The notes beneath the pieces were generated by a model. It did not search any database. It was not told the origin of the DNA and saw nothing but the letters and a program-made list of their open reading frames with translations. 64,000 bases of DNA from an uncultured Candidatus Saccharibacteria bacterium (GTDB lineage Bacteria; Patescibacteriota; Minisyncoccia; Phycocordibacterales; UBA918). The stretch spans positions 26,134 to 90,133 of the forward strand of contig CAYGKO010000002.1 in the NCBI GenBank assembly GCA_964350735.1, written 5' to 3'. Position 1 is the first letter of the stretch. Each line of letters opens with the position of its first letter. Of the stretch, positions 41,258 through 50,777 are shown piece after piece. A program made the translations under genes and the position numbers.

Positions 41258-42655
41258 ATGTTAGAGCATCTTTTTGGTAATCCAAAAGATATTGCAGCCA
41301 AGATACCCATTTTGGCTTTTTTCATTCGCTTTGTTTCTTCTAATGACTCAGACTATGGTGGATTTGTAGCCATTCTTTCTGTGGTGCTTTTATTTTACGG
41401 TCTCGGATTTACTGACATTTCCCAAGCGCAAGTTTTCTCTATTGTTATCGCACTCACTCCACTCTGGCTTACTTGGTATATCTTTGTAAATTTCTTTGAT
41501 AAATGGTCAGAGTACACTGGTAAGAAATTTGGTTTATATAACGGCAGGACTACTTTGCGCATCAATCTTCCCCAAGAGGTATTAAAGTCTCCTGAAGCTA
41601 TGGAGTTCGTAATTTCTCAAATTCATAACACGGCTAATCCCGACAACTTAATGCAGACCTATTTACAGGGTAAACGTCCATTAAATTTTAGTTTCGAATT
41701 AGTTTCCATTGGTGGAGATGTGCGTTTTTATGCAAACCTACCAACTAGTAAAACAAAAGCTGCTTTTGAAGCAAACATGTATGCCCAATATCCTGGGGTT
41801 GAAATAGTCGAAGAACCGGTTGATTATGCAGCTGAAATTGGACTCGATAGTGACTGGGAGTGGTTTAGTTGTCATATGAGAAAGAAAAAGGACGAAGTAT
41901 TTCCGATTAAAACATATATTGATTTTGGACTGGATAAGCTCCCAAAAGAAGAAGAGAAAGTAGACCCAATGACACCAATGCTAGAAGTACTTGGTGGTGT
42001 TGGTCCATCAGAGCGTTTATATATTCAGTACATCTGTACACCTTTTCGACCATCAAGTTTTTCAAATGGACAATTAATGTTTGGGGAAGGATCTGGCTGG
42101 GATAAAGGAGTGACAGCAGCTCTAAATAAAATTATGAACCGCGATCCAGACACGAGGCAAGCTATAGACAGTGGGAACTCTGAAGAAGTGGCTCGACTTA
42201 CTCAAGGTGAACGAGATGCCGTCGCAGCAATGGAAAGAAATGCGGGTAAGTACGCCTATAACGTTGGTATCCGCTGGGTATATGCATCTCGCCCAGGGCA
42301 TTTCGCTGGTGATCGGATCAATCCGATTATTCGGTCGTTTAGTCAGTATGACATTATCAGCGATATTAGAAATCAAATTGGTGTAGCCTGGAGAACAGAC
42401 ATTGATTACAAAGACTTGATCCCCGGTTCATACAAGAAAATTGAAGCACTTAAAGTGCAGGAATTAAAAGAGTACAAATTGAGAAAATACTTTAATAAAG
42501 GGGGCGCAGACGGTATGAAGATATTTACAGCCGAGGAGCTAGCTACCATGTTTCATATTCCTGGTCAGGTTGCATTTACTCCTACCCTAAGTCGTGTTCC
42601 ATCTACTCGAAGTGAAGCGCCAAATAACTTACCGGTTGGAAATTTACCTGAATAA
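41258..42655 (+). CDS. hypothetical protein: N-terminal 3-TM region plus a soluble domain of about 380 aa (low GC)
   Basis: No recognised domain. Ends in the motif EELATMFHIPGQVAFTPTL. Confidence 0.4.
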   Translation: MLEHLFGNPKDIAAKIPILAFFIRFVSSNDSDYGGFVAILSVVLLFYGLGFTDISQAQVFSIVIALTPLWLTWYIFVNFFDKWSEYTGKKFGLYNGRTTLRINLPQEVLKSPEAMEFVISQIHNTANPDNLMQTYLQGKRPLNFSFELVSIGGDVRFYANLPTSKTKAAFEANMYAQYPGVEIVEEPVDYAAEIGLDSDWEWFSCHMRKKKDEVFPIKTYIDFGLDKLPKEEEKVDPMTPMLEVLGGVGPSERLYIQYICTPFRPSSFSNGQLMFGEGSGWDKGVTAALNKIMNRDPDTRQAIDSGNSEEVARLTQGERDAVAAMERNAGKYAYNVGIRWVYASRPGHFAGDRINPIIRSFSQYDIISDIRNQIGVAWRTDIDYKDLIPGSYKKIEALKVQELKEYKLRKYFNKGGADGMKIFTAEELATMFHIPGQVAFTPTLSRVPSTRSEAPNNLPVGNLPE

Positions 42656-42666
42656 ACATAACGACA

Positions 42667-43649
42667 TGGAAGATTATCCTGAATCGAACAACAACATACA
42701 AAAGAAGATTGGGCCACTGGGTTGGTTGGCCATTATTGTGATAGACGTACTGTTACTGCTCATTTTCATAGGCTATTTTTTAACTCTAGCACCAGGAAAT
42801 TTTACCGCACAAAGTGTATTAATCGAGAAAGGAAATTCAGCTCGAGAGATTTCGGAACAACTAGCTGAGAAAGATATTGTGAAGTCGGGCGATATGTTGT
42901 ACGCAGTGCTTGTGGCGAAATTTGACCCTAGTAACATTAAGGCAGGGAACTTTTATTTCGAGCAACCACTTTCTGTATTCGAAGTGGCAGAAAAAATTAC
43001 TACTGAAATTCCACAAGAAGAACAAATCACCATCACCTTTCCTGAAGGTTTCTCAGCGTATCAGTTGACTGACTTCATTCCATCTGAAATCTCAGCCAAC
43101 AATGACTTCGATCTTGATATACCAAACGTGGAAGGATACCTGTTCCCAGATACGTATTTAGTGCCGGTTACATTTGGGGAAACAGAGGTAATTGACTTAC
43201 TCCAGAACACCTTCAAACAAAAAGTAGCACCCCTTCGATCGGCAATAGAAAAATCACCCTACACTCTAGAAGAAGTGATTATTCTTGCCTCCATCATCGA
43301 ACGAGAGGCTAATGACAAAGAAAGCATGGGCATGGTAGCCGGGGTCTTAGAGAATCGCCTGGAGATCGGTATGGCTCTTCAGGTAGATGCTTCGATTGCG
43401 TACGGGCTACAGAAATCAGGCGTGGACTTAACCAGAGATGATATCGAAACTGATGGTCCGTATAACACCTACACCCGACCAGGATTGCCGCCAACCCCGA
43501 TCGCTAATCCTGGCTTACAAGCTATCAATGCTGTTCTGAACCCGATTCCGAACGATTATTTTTACTATATTACAGGCAATGACGGCAATTTCTACTACGC
43601 TGAAACTCTTGATCAGCACAACATAAATATCCAAAAATACTTGCGTTAG
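42667..43649 (+). CDS. mltG: endolytic murein transglycosylase MltG (YceG family)
   Basis: N-terminal TM, LASIIEREA and YNTYTRPGLPPTPIANPG motifs. I chose the start at MEDYPES over the track start at 42594. Confidence 0.85.
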
Positions 43650-43678
43650 TTAAAAAAATTAGTAGGCTACAATCAAAT

Positions 43679-44722
43679 ATGGAAACAGTATTTGTCGGAT
43701 TATCTGGTGGTGTTGACTCGTCAGTCGCCGCTTTAAGACTTAAAAACCAAGGCTACAATGTCGTGGGGGTTTTTATCAAAGTCTGGCAGCCAGATTTTCT
43801 TGAATGCAACTGGGAGGCTGAGCGACTTGACGCTATGCGAGTAGCTGCTCATTTAGAAATACCATTTCTCACGTGCGATGCAGAAGAGACCTATCGTACT
43901 GAAGTGGGTGAATTTTTTATCAACGAATATAAAAAAGGACGAACCCCAAACCCTGATGTTCTCTGTAACCAACAGGTAAAGTTCGGAGCTTTCTTGCGAT
44001 TTGCACTGGGGAAAGGAGCTGACTTTGTCGCTACCGGACACTACGCCCAACGAGTTGTAACCGAGGCAGGTATTGAGCTACACCGAGGCGTGGATACCAA
44101 TAAAGATCAATCGTACTTCCTCTGGACGCTTACTCAAGCTCAGCTGCAACATATTTTACTCCCCGTAGGAAATAGTCCTAAAGAACAAATTAGAAAGGAA
44201 GCAGCCGCCGCTGGTATCCCGGTCGCAGCCAAAAAGGATAGTCAGGGAGTTTGTTTCTTAGGACATATTGATATTCCAGAATTTTTAGCACACTTTATAA
44301 CACTCGAAACCGGAGCTGTTTTAAATACCGCTGGGGAACACATTGGTGAACATAAAGGGGCGTTGGTCTATACCATTGGCCAGAGGCAAGGATTTGATGT
44401 GACTAAAAAAGATGGAGCCCAAAAAGCTTTATACGTTGTAGATCGTGATATTCTTGAAAACACCATTACCGTACGTGCAGAACCACCTATTTTAAAAAAA
44501 GAGAATTTTGTTACCCTTCAAGATATACATTGGATAACAGAAGAATCTCAAAAAAATTTTGAAATTGAAGCTCAATTTCGATATCGCCAAACACCATTCG
44601 CTGTTCGACTTTTACCAAATGGCACCCTAGAGCTTAAAGTAACTACTGAAGCAGTTGCGGCTGGTCAATCCTGTGTATTGTATAGGGGCAGTCTGTGCCT
44701 TGGAGGTGGTATCATAGCCTAA
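43679..44722 (+). CDS. mnmA: tRNA-specific 2-thiouridylase MnmA
   Basis: PP-loop VGLSGGVDSSVAA, catalytic Cys (LCNQQVKFG) and the GHYAQ region. Confidence 0.9.
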   Translation: METVFVGLSGGVDSSVAALRLKNQGYNVVGVFIKVWQPDFLECNWEAERLDAMRVAAHLEIPFLTCDAEETYRTEVGEFFINEYKKGRTPNPDVLCNQQVKFGAFLRFALGKGADFVATGHYAQRVVTEAGIELHRGVDTNKDQSYFLWTLTQAQLQHILLPVGNSPKEQIRKEAAAAGIPVAAKKDSQGVCFLGHIDIPEFLAHFITLETGAVLNTAGEHIGEHKGALVYTIGQRQGFDVTKKDGAQKALYVVDRDILENTITVRAEPPILKKENFVTLQDIHWITEESQKNFEIEAQFRYRQTPFAVRLLPNGTLELKVTTEAVAAGQSCVLYRGSLCLGGGIIA

Positions 44723-45553
44723 ATGGTTACGGTAATAAAAGCTGATGGAACAGCGGAGGAGTTTCAAATCCAAAAATTAAAACGTTCGCTTCGTCGATCA
44801 GGTGCAGTTCGAGAAGAAGTACGCGAAATTGCTGCCGAAATAGAAAAGGAACTAGTTGATGGAATGAAGACTCAAGAGATCTACTCACGAGCCTTTTCAC
44901 TATTGCGTGACAGTGAGCAGCCAGTGGCCGCACGTTATTCACTTCGAAGAGCCTTGTTTGGACTTGGTCCTACCGGATTTCCATTCGAAGATTTCCTAGC
45001 TCGCTTGTTTGAAACCGAAGGGTATACAACAAGAACTAGGCTAGAGCTTAAAGGGAACTGTACCACTCATGAAATTGATGTAGCTGCATACAAAGATGAT
45101 CACTCATTCGTGGCGGAAGCAAAATTTCATGCCCGGCCAGGAATCAAATCTGATCTCCAGGTTGTAATGTATTCCAACGCTAGAAAAATGGATTTGGTGG
45201 ATGCAAAGATCTGCAACGCTGATATATGTGGTGTAACAAACCTCATGGTTATTACAAATACCAAATTTACTCACACTGCAGAATCATATTCTGAGTGTGC
45301 AGGACTTGAATTATTGAGCTGGGACTATCCAAAACAAAACAATTTACACGATCGCATTCAACGAGCCGGCATCTATCCCATCACTGTTTTGCAGTCACTG
45401 TCCGGCGCTCAAAAAAAGGCTTTAATTGAACGTGGGGTAATAATTTGTGGCGATATTCTTAAAAAACCCCACCTTCTTCGGCACATACACATCAGCACTA
45501 AAAAAACTGAGGCAGTACTTTCTGAAGCTCGTCAACTCTGTAAGGAAATATAA
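44723..45553 (+). CDS. ATP-cone domain fused to Mrr-like restriction-endonuclease (PD-(D/E)xK) domain
   Basis: The N-terminus MVTVIKADGTAEEFQIQKLKRSL resembles the ATP-cone of NrdR/RNR. Residues 75-150 (FEDFLARLFETEGYTTRT...HEIDVAAY...VAEAKF) follow the Mrr_cat D...(E/Q)xK layout. Confidence 0.5.
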   Translation: MVTVIKADGTAEEFQIQKLKRSLRRSGAVREEVREIAAEIEKELVDGMKTQEIYSRAFSLLRDSEQPVAARYSLRRALFGLGPTGFPFEDFLARLFETEGYTTRTRLELKGNCTTHEIDVAAYKDDHSFVAEAKFHARPGIKSDLQVVMYSNARKMDLVDAKICNADICGVTNLMVITNTKFTHTAESYSECAGLELLSWDYPKQNNLHDRIQRAGIYPITVLQSLSGAQKKALIERGVIICGDILKKPHLLRHIHISTKKTEAVLSEARQLCKEI

Positions 45554-45602
45554 AAGCTGATATACTTGCAGACATACAAGTGATTATTTCAGTATTATAG
45601 TT

Positions 45603-46154
45603 ATGTCAGAAGCAGAAAAGCAAGAAGGGCAAAAGACAGTAGTCGCCTTTATCGCTGGATTACTTATCGGTGGTCTACTCGTTTGGGTCTTCAGTGGTCC
45701 AACACATGATGGTGAGCATAAGGAAGGAATGCATGATGATGAAGCAGGCGAAATGGCTGAAGAAATGATGTCGGATGACTCGTCAGACGAAGCAGTGTCT
45801 ACTGGTCAAGAAATGACCATTGCGGCAGTTGAAATGCAAACTGGTGATGGTGCTATCGAGGTATCAGATCAGGCAGCTAGTTCTGCAGTTGTGATTGATA
45901 GCGCAACCTTCCCAAATGATGACGGCTGGATCGCTGTGCGATCATACCAAAATGACCAACTTGGAAACATTCTTGGAGCAGCTCGATTTAGTAAGGAACA
46001 AGGTTTGGTACCAGAAGAAGTACCACTACTAGTCCCTACTACAGTTGGAAACTCATACGCGGTAGTCTTCTTTACGGAAGATGGTAACCGTGAGTTTAAT
46101 CTTTCAGGCGATGCTCAAGTAGAAGGTGTGTGGTCAACGTTTGTGGCTAAATAG
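45603..46154 (+). CDS. hypothetical acidic membrane-anchored/secreted protein
   Basis: N-terminal TM (VVAFIAGLLIGGLLVWVF), then an Asp/Glu-rich low-complexity stretch and a beta-rich C-domain. Confidence 0.4.
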   Translation: MSEAEKQEGQKTVVAFIAGLLIGGLLVWVFSGPTHDGEHKEGMHDDEAGEMAEEMMSDDSSDEAVSTGQEMTIAAVEMQTGDGAIEVSDQAASSAVVIDSATFPNDDGWIAVRSYQNDQLGNILGAARFSKEQGLVPEEVPLLVPTTVGNSYAVVFFTEDGNREFNLSGDAQVEGVWSTFVAK

Positions 46155-46171
46155 CTTCTATCGATTGACAG

Positions 46172-46198
46172 AAAAAAGCCCTCATAAGGGCTTTTTTC
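46172..46198 (+). terminator. rho-independent terminator (aaaagccct-cata-agggctttttt)
   Basis: Hairpin followed by a T6 run. Confidence 0.65.
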
Positions 46199-46221
46199 TT
46201 GCGTGGTATACTAGATACATT

Positions 46222-47076
46222 ATGGCTGATTACGTATACAAATATAATCCAAATCGAAACGCTGATTGGAATTATGGTGGCAAAAAATGGCGGTTATCTC
46301 GCTCAAAACTCGACTATTTTATTGAGTGTCCTCGCTGTTTTTATGTTGATAACAAACTAGGGACAAAGCGACCTGGTTTTCCATCGTTCAATTTAAACAT
46401 TGCGGTAGATGAACTGTTTAAAAAAGAATTTGACGTACATCGAGCAGCTGGAACACGTCATCCAATTATGGAGCAGTACGAGATTGACGCTGTGCCGTTT
46501 CAGCACAAAGACATTGATACCTGGCGCGAAAACTTTGAAGGCATTGAATACAAAGACACTGAGACCGGTATGACTATCAGTGGAGCGGTGGATGATATTT
46601 GGGTCAAGCCAAACGGGGATCTCATTATTATTGACTACAAATCTACTTCTAAAGACGGGACTATAGACAAGTTAGGAGATAGTCCTTGGGAGCAGCAATA
46701 TACTAGACAACTCGGTGTGTACAAATGGCTCTTGGAACAAAATGGCTTTAAAGTAGCCGATATCGGATACTTGGTGTACGCAAATGCTAGTAAAGATGAG
46801 GCTGGATTTGATAACAAACTAATTTTTGAAAGTACTTTGGTCTCGGTGCCAACAGATACTGACTGGATCGATGGAACTTTGGATAAAATTAAGGCGTGTC
46901 TTGAAAGTGAATCAATCCCGCTCTCTGGCCCAAATTGTGAATTTTGCCCGTACCGTGAAGCTGCCGGGAAAAAGCTCTTAGCAATCCATCAAGCTCAAAA
47001 GACAGCCGCTAAAGAGACTGGTAGCACCAACCCTTCTGACACCATCGCAGCTATCAAGAGTAAATATGCCAAGTAG
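46222..47076 (+). CDS. Cas4/RecB-like PD-(D/E)xK nuclease with Fe-S cysteine cluster (DUF83-like), stand-alone
   Basis: GAVDDIWVKPNGDLIIIDYKST is the RecB-family D...D/EYK motif. N-terminal CPRC plus C-terminal C-x13-C-x2-C match the Cas4 4-Cys pattern. I chose the start at MADYVYK over the track start at 46126. Confidence 0.65.
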   Translation: MADYVYKYNPNRNADWNYGGKKWRLSRSKLDYFIECPRCFYVDNKLGTKRPGFPSFNLNIAVDELFKKEFDVHRAAGTRHPIMEQYEIDAVPFQHKDIDTWRENFEGIEYKDTETGMTISGAVDDIWVKPNGDLIIIDYKSTSKDGTIDKLGDSPWEQQYTRQLGVYKWLLEQNGFKVADIGYLVYANASKDEAGFDNKLIFESTLVSVPTDTDWIDGTLDKIKACLESESIPLSGPNCEFCPYREAAGKKLLAIHQAQKTAAKETGSTNPSDTIAAIKSKYAK

Positions 47077-47326
47077 TTTTACAGACCAAGTAAAAAAACT
47101 TGTTGCTGCAATCCCAAAAGGTGCGACCATGACGTATAAAGAAGTGGCTAGCGCGGCTGGTAACCCAAACGCTTCTCGAGCCGTAGCAAACATTATGGCA
47201 GCTAATTACGACCCAAAAGTACCGTGTCACCGTGTGATACGCACAGATGGTAGTTTGGGTGGTTATAACCGTGGTGGTATAGTAAAAAAACGAGAACTGT
47301 TACTAAGTGAAGGTGTAATACTCTAA
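47066..47326 (+). CDS. MGMT-family protein (O6-alkylguanine-DNA alkyltransferase DNA-binding/active-site domain only)
   Basis: YKEVASAAGNPNASRAVANIMAANYDPKVPCHRVIRTDGSLGGY carries the PCHRV active-site motif. Overlaps the nuclease gene by 11 nt. Confidence 0.75.
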   Translation: MPSSFTDQVKKLVAAIPKGATMTYKEVASAAGNPNASRAVANIMAANYDPKVPCHRVIRTDGSLGGYNRGGIVKKRELLLSEGVIL

Positions 47327-47333
47327 TTTTATT

Positions 47334-47768
47334 ATGGATCCAAATCAGAGACGACTTGAGGGAGAGCTTAAAAATATGGAGCGCGATCTAGACAGATTGC
47401 GAAAGGATCAAGATAAAAACCAAAGGGAACTTCGAACAAAAGCGGATAACTTAAAGACCCTACAAAGAAAGAGAGACCTTGCAATGGTAAAGTTTGAAAA
47501 AGCAGAAGCCAACTTGCGGAAATTTCAGTCTGAGCATGACACTGCAAAAACAAACGCTGATGAACTGAATCAGAAGTTTGAAACCGAGGAGAACGCAATC
47601 GTTCGCCCGCTCTCACAAAAAGCCATGGAGTTCGAACAATCTATCAATCATCTTGAACAAGAGTACGGCCGTAAAAAACAAGAACTTGGTATTTTGATTG
47701 AACGAATTGCTCGTGATAATGAGCGGAGTCGTGTCGCTGCAAATGATAATCGTGGTAAAGCTGCTTAA
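47334..47768 (+). CDS. hypothetical coiled-coil protein
   Basis: Charged heptad-rich sequence with no recognisable domain. Confidence 0.35.
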   Translation: MDPNQRRLEGELKNMERDLDRLRKDQDKNQRELRTKADNLKTLQRKRDLAMVKFEKAEANLRKFQSEHDTAKTNADELNQKFETEENAIVRPLSQKAMEFEQSINHLEQEYGRKKQELGILIERIARDNERSRVAANDNRGKAA

Positions 47769-47778
47769 TCAAATTTCT

Positions 47779-48033
47779 ATGTCAAAATCAAGTGAAATCT
47801 TAAAAAGTGAACTGGGAGACGAAGATGTTAAAGTACAAAGACGAGCTATAGAAGATGTTTTGAACGAGTTATTTTTATATACCGAAACCCAACAAGATGG
47901 AGAGGAAGATCTGAACAGTCTGGAAACCAACACTTCAGAATACAAAAGACTCAATCAAAAAATCAGGGAGCGCAAAGATATTTTTAAAATACTTAGAAAT
48001 AAGGCTGATCAACTAAGAAGAGCAATCAAGTAG
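47779..48033 (+). CDS. hypothetical coiled-coil protein (84 aa)
   Basis: I chose the start at MSKSSEIL. The 47698 start in the track overlaps the upstream gene. Confidence 0.3.
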   Translation: MSKSSEILKSELGDEDVKVQRRAIEDVLNELFLYTETQQDGEEDLNSLETNTSEYKRLNQKIRERKDIFKILRNKADQLRRAIK

Positions 48034-48035
48034 AT

Positions 48036-48635
48036 ATGTATTCATACCGCATTGAACAAGCTATCAAAGCAGCCAGTATCCTGCACAAAGGGCAAGTGCG
48101 TAAGGGGGAAGTGCCTTTACCCTATATTTCACATTTAGTAGCGGTGGCGTTTATTACAGCCGATTATACTGAGCACGGAGATACCGTTATTGCTGCTCTT
48201 TTACACGATACTGTTGAAGATACTGACTACACGTCTGAAGAGCTGCTCGAAGACTTTGGCGGTGATGTGCAACAAATAGTACTTGCTCTCTCTGAACCAG
48301 CAGATGAAGAAGGAGAATATACCTGGCGAGAGAAAAAACAAAAATACGCCAAACAACTAAAGAAAGCCCCTGAAGAAGCTCTGATAGTTGCGGCTGCGGA
48401 TAAGATTCACAACATGCGTACGATTGTCGAAGAGTATTATGATGATCACATTCGCTTTATGAACGAATTCCGTGGCTCACTCGATGATCGAGCCTTGATG
48501 TATGAAGATATCAGCAACGTACTCAACGCCCGGCTGAAAAATGATATAGTGGCAGAGTTCAACCACGTATTTACTGAATATAAAAATTTCCTTTCCGATG
48601 TCAAAAAAACCCAAGCCCGCAAAGAAGAGCTTTAA
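48036..48635 (+). CDS. HD-domain (p)ppGpp hydrolase-like protein (RelA/SpoT hydrolase domain only; small alarmone hydrolase)
   Basis: LHKGQVRKGEVPLPYISHLVAVA...AALLHDTVEDT matches the SpoT HD hydrolase core. There is no synthetase domain. Confidence 0.7.
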   Translation: MYSYRIEQAIKAASILHKGQVRKGEVPLPYISHLVAVAFITADYTEHGDTVIAALLHDTVEDTDYTSEELLEDFGGDVQQIVLALSEPADEEGEYTWREKKQKYAKQLKKAPEEALIVAAADKIHNMRTIVEEYYDDHIRFMNEFRGSLDDRALMYEDISNVLNARLKNDIVAEFNHVFTEYKNFLSDVKKTQARKEEL

Positions 48636-50445
48636 GTACAAAACCACAGCTACACTTCCCAAACTAGCGAAAGTCAAAACTGAGTGGGACTTAGCAAGTT
48701 TGTACTATTCATCTGAAAATGACCCGCAGATTGAAAAAAATATATCTAAGACTGAGAAAGCTTATTTAGCTTTCGCAAAAAAGTGGAAAAATAAAAAGTT
48801 TACAACTTCAGCAAAAACTCTACTAGTTGCCTTATCTGAAAAGGAAAAATTGGCAAAAATGCCAGAAGCTGCTCGTGCTGGTCGTTATTTCTCGTTCAGG
48901 ACTTGCTTGAACGCAAAAGATGAGGTGGCCAACAAAAAACAAGCCCTACTGGGACAAAGATTTAGGAAACTATCAAGCGAACTATTATTTTTCGGTCTTG
49001 AGATTGGAAAACTTTCAAAAACAGAACAAAAAAAACTACTGGCAGATACTTCATTGCAGCATTTTCATTATTACTTACACCAAATATTCTTATCTTCTAA
49101 ATATGACCTTTCTGAGGCCGAAGAGAAAATAATTAAACTCAAGAGAAACCAATCTTACGGAATGTGGACTGATGCAGTTGAGAGAATCATCAGTAACAGA
49201 ACCATAAGTTGGAAAGGTGCCGAAATGGCTATCCCTGAAGCACTCGAAACAATCAACACGCTTGGGACTAAAGACAAACGAAAACTTTGGGATATTCTCA
49301 TTTCTCAGATGGAACAAATTGGCGAATTCGCTGAGCATGAATTTAATGCAATTATTACCGATGTTCGTACGGAAGAAGATTTACGTGGCTACAAAAAACC
49401 GTACAGCTCAACCGCACTGAGTTACGAAGATTCGGAGAAAAGTATTGAGAACCTAGTGAGCACTGTTTCAACTGAAGGCTTTGAACTTAGTAAAAAATTC
49501 TACAAACTTAAAGCCGCTGCACACGGCGTTGATAAGCTGCACTACACTCAAAAATACGACTCAATTGGACAGGCTCCGTCAATTCCGTGGAAGCAAGCAG
49601 TCGAGATATGCCGGGATGTTTTTTATAACGTAAAAAATGAATACGGATCAGTTTTCGATCGGATGTTAGCAAATGGACAAATTGATGTTAGTCCCAAGAA
49701 AGGGAAGCGTGGTGGTGCCTTTATGAGCGCTGAAGTGAGTCAGCCCACACAGGTATTTCTCAATCATTTGGACGACTTTAAATCTCTAGAAACCCTAGCA
49801 CACGAAATGGGGCATGCTATTCATGCTGAACGTAGTAAAAAACAAACCCCTTTTTATGAAGGTCACTCCATCACAACTGCTGAAACGGCCAGCACTTTGT
49901 TTGAAAACTTACTATTTGACGCTGTCTACGACCAGGCTGAAGCAAAAACTAAACCAATTCTTTTGCATGACAGAATCACAAGAGATATTGCCACTATTCA
50001 GCGACAAATCGCCTTCTTTAATTGTGAACTTGAAATCCACAATACTATCAGCTCTCAAGGGGCAATGACCAATGACGAGTTGCGAGACTGTATGTATTCA
50101 CATCTAAAAACGTATCTGGGCCCTGCCATATCACTGGACAAGAGAGACGGATACTCCTACGTATATATTCCACACCTACGCTATGGATTTTATGTATACA
50201 CGTACACATTTGGAATCCTAATGAGTACCATCATGGCAAATCACTACAAAGCAGATCCTGGTTACATTGATGAGATTGATAAATTCCTATGCTCAGGGGC
50301 TGCTGCAAGCGTGGCCGATATATTCGCTTCGATTGGCATTGATACCAGCAAAGCAAACACGTTTTCAAACGCGTTGCAAAATCATGCCGCAGACATCAAA
50401 TCATTTGAGCAATACACAAAGCAAACAACGAAACGCAAAAAATAG
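48598..50445 (+). CDS. pepF: oligoendopeptidase F (M3B peptidase)
   Basis: LAHEMGHAIH zinc motif (HEXXH) and the PepF-type N-terminus (WDLASLY...). Overlaps the HD gene by 38 nt. Confidence 0.85.
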   Translation: MSKKPKPAKKSFKYKTTATLPKLAKVKTEWDLASLYYSSENDPQIEKNISKTEKAYLAFAKKWKNKKFTTSAKTLLVALSEKEKLAKMPEAARAGRYFSFRTCLNAKDEVANKKQALLGQRFRKLSSELLFFGLEIGKLSKTEQKKLLADTSLQHFHYYLHQIFLSSKYDLSEAEEKIIKLKRNQSYGMWTDAVERIISNRTISWKGAEMAIPEALETINTLGTKDKRKLWDILISQMEQIGEFAEHEFNAIITDVRTEEDLRGYKKPYSSTALSYEDSEKSIENLVSTVSTEGFELSKKFYKLKAAAHGVDKLHYTQKYDSIGQAPSIPWKQAVEICRDVFYNVKNEYGSVFDRMLANGQIDVSPKKGKRGGAFMSAEVSQPTQVFLNHLDDFKSLETLAHEMGHAIHAERSKKQTPFYEGHSITTAETASTLFENLLFDAVYDQAEAKTKPILLHDRITRDIATIQRQIAFFNCELEIHNTISSQGAMTNDELRDCMYSHLKTYLGPAISLDKRDGYSYVYIPHLRYGFYVYTYTFGILMSTIMANHYKADPGYIDEIDKFLCSGAAASVADIFASIGIDTSKANTFSNALQNHAADIKSFEQYTKQTTKRKK

Positions 50446-50460
50446 TCTATACTGCTAGTT

Positions 50461-50736
50461 ATGAGTTTACTTTTTTTAGGAATGACGTTGAGCGTGATCG
50501 GAAAAGGGATGATTGCACTCGGTGTCGTATGGGTGCATATCACTATGGCTACTGAGCGTAGTATTGATGATTTAGTGGTGCGTTCATTCAGAACTGAGCT
50601 GTATATCACTATCATAGGTTTTGCTTTGATAGTACTAGGGTATGTCTTTGAAGTGCACGCCCTTGGGGGATTTCCTGCTTTAATGCTATGTGAAAGCGCA
50701 GAATGCGCCGCTGCTATCGGTAACGCTGCTAATTAA
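50461..50736 (+). CDS. small hypothetical membrane protein (91 aa)
   Basis: Three hydrophobic segments. Confidence 0.35.
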   Translation: MSLLFLGMTLSVIGKGMIALGVVWVHITMATERSIDDLVVRSFRTELYITIIGFALIVLGYVFEVHALGGFPALMLCESAECAAAIGNAAN

Positions 50737-50777
50737 CCTTTAGTTTTTACGTCAATTTGCTAGTATAACGGCATTAT

